The position numbers and the translations under genes were made by a program. Below are positions 34,375-35,334 of a stretch of 35,334 bases of DNA, piece after piece (position 1 is the first letter of the stretch; each line of letters opens with the position of its first letter). Under the pieces are notes generated by a model. It was not told the DNA's origin and made no database searches. It worked only from the letters and a program-made list of their open reading frames with translations. The DNA comes from Candidatus Thorarchaeota archaeon (GTDB lineage: Archaea; Asgardarchaeota; Thorarchaeia; Thorarchaeales; Thorarchaeaceae), in contig JAEORS010000002.1 in assembly GCA_016840795.1 (NCBI GenBank), positions 1-35,334 of the forward strand, read 5' to 3'.

Positions 34375-35334
34375 TCACTCCTTCTCCTGAGTAAAGACGT
34401 AGGCCACATTTGCACCAGTCTGGACTGTCTGCATACTGCCTGGAGTACCAAGGATATCACCACACGGGTAGGCCCAGATATAGCCATCCATGGGAATCTT
34501 TACCTCCTCAAGGACATCTCCGTATAAGTCATAAATCTCAGCGAACACGTCATCCTTCTTCAGGAACTCGCCAGGTGGCTTCAGAAACCGAATCAGACCA
34601 CCACGATTTGCCCTCACAATGCCCTCCCATCTACATGGCCCCGGTATGATTATGATTCCTTCTTGAGGCTCAATCTCACCGTCAATCATATCAAAGGCCT
34701 TCATTATGTTGAGAGTCCCTCTCACACCTACAGTCGTCGATGGCTCAGAAATCCATCGGCCGTCTATTAGCTCCACCAGGATGTCTGGAATTCCATTCTG
34801 GGCGGCGAGATTGACTATAGTAGGCGGACTATCCTCCTTGAATGGTGTTCGGTCTATGACTGTTGTCACACCGAATGCCTCTGCCATTCTCTCAAGTTTC
34901 TCTTTCGTCTTGGGGTTCATGACGTTAATCTCTGTGAAGAACAGAGAGTCTGGTCTTGTGTTACAATGGATGTTGATGACCATGTCAGCTTTGCTCCAAG
35001 CCTGTTGCCACAGAGCGTATGCTAGTCTCTCAGTTGCAGTGCCCTCGGACTGATCAGCGGTCAGGGGGCTTGCACTTCCACCGCCACCTAGGTCAAGGTT
35101 GTCTATCCAAGACAGGTATTGGTGGTGCATGTAGGCCAGGGGGTTTTCCACAGGGATTCCGATGATTGCCCCTCTGAGCTCTGATGGGTTTATCTTCTCT
35201 CTCATTATCTTGAGTATGACCTCAGCACCTTGAAGTTCGATTCCGTGCTGGGTTGAAACTACAAGTAGTGTGGGACCATCCTTGGCTCCATTCATCACCA
35301 GAATGGGAATGTCGATACTCGTGGTTGTGTTGAG
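34375..35334 (-). CDS. Succinylglutamate desuccinylase/aspartoacylase (AstE/AspA, M14-like Zn deacylase) family protein, N-terminus outside window
   Basis: GPTLLVVSTQHGIELQG contains the H-x-x-E metal motif. The frame stays open to the window end (...LNTTTSIDIPILV precedes the ORF-track GTG). Confidence 0.7.
   Translation of the reverse strand, partial: LNTTTSIDIPILVMNGAKDGPTLLVVSTQHGIELQGAEVILKIMREKINPSELRGAIIGIPVENPLAYMHHQYLSWIDNLDLGGGGSASPLTADQSEGTATERLAYALWQQAWSKADMVINIHCNTRPDSLFFTEINVMNPKTKEKLERMAEAFGVTTVIDRTPFKEDSPPTIVNLAAQNGIPDILVELIDGRWISEPSTTVGVRGTLNIMKAFDMIDGEIEPQEGIIIIPGPCRWEGIVRANRGGLIRFLKPPGEFLKKDDVFAEIYDLYGDVLEEVKIPMDGYIWAYPCGDILGTPGSMQTVQTGANVAYVFTQEKE

Noticed and set aside
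26261-35334. An integrated mobile element or genomic island inserted at tRNA-Ser
   Set aside because: There is no integrase or transposase, and I could find no duplicated tRNA 3' segment (att). The essential tuf gene lies inside the region.
1-35334. CRISPR arrays, transposases, toxin-antitoxin pairs and known defence systems
   Set aside because: No regularly spaced direct repeats and no recognisable cas, transposase, integrase or TA-family motifs were seen on either strand.

Overview
This is an archaeal chromosomal segment, densely packed and mostly housekeeping. The Elf1 homologue, a Ras-superfamily small GTPase and eukaryote-like r-proteins point to a TACK/Asgard-type lineage, but I cannot confirm this without a search.

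Left to right:
- 5'-truncated RPA
- SufS with a small coupled wHTH gene
- Elf1
- Lhr-type helicase with an overlapping upstream mini-ORF
- EngB
- a sequon-rich surface protein
- SWIM protein and an Mre11/PdeM-like phosphoesterase
- tRNA-Pro
- a class I methyltransferase
- a translationally coupled SPOUT-like (DUF531-type) gene plus an orphan C5 DNA methyltransferase
- a contiguous archaeal-type mevalonate operon (mvk, UbiD-like decarboxylase, AcnX large and small subunits)
- the rpoD-rpl18e-rpl13-rps9-rpoN-rps2 block, headed by a small GTPase
- G1P dehydrogenase
- rpl7ae-rps28e-rpl24e
- an inverted ndk with a C-terminal extension
- aIF5B
- an SRP (7S) RNA hidden under a spurious ORF
- a ClC/CBS channel
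- an intron-containing tRNA-Ser

The right third (26.3-35.3 kb) is more accessory-like. It holds an MFS transporter, small membrane proteins, a GbsR/MarR-like regulator divergent from a Yip1-like protein, a GyrI-like/Cys-rich fusion, a flavodoxin-like protein, a tandem-SH3 protein and an AstE/AspA-family deacylase. EF-1alpha is embedded among these.

The most unexplained signal is a ~25-nt element present three times in the same orientation. Each copy sits just 3' of a minus-strand gene, and each carries a palindrome plus a TATA-like box. No CRISPR array, transposase, integrase or recognisable defence system was seen. All family calls come from motif recognition by eye, not from searches.
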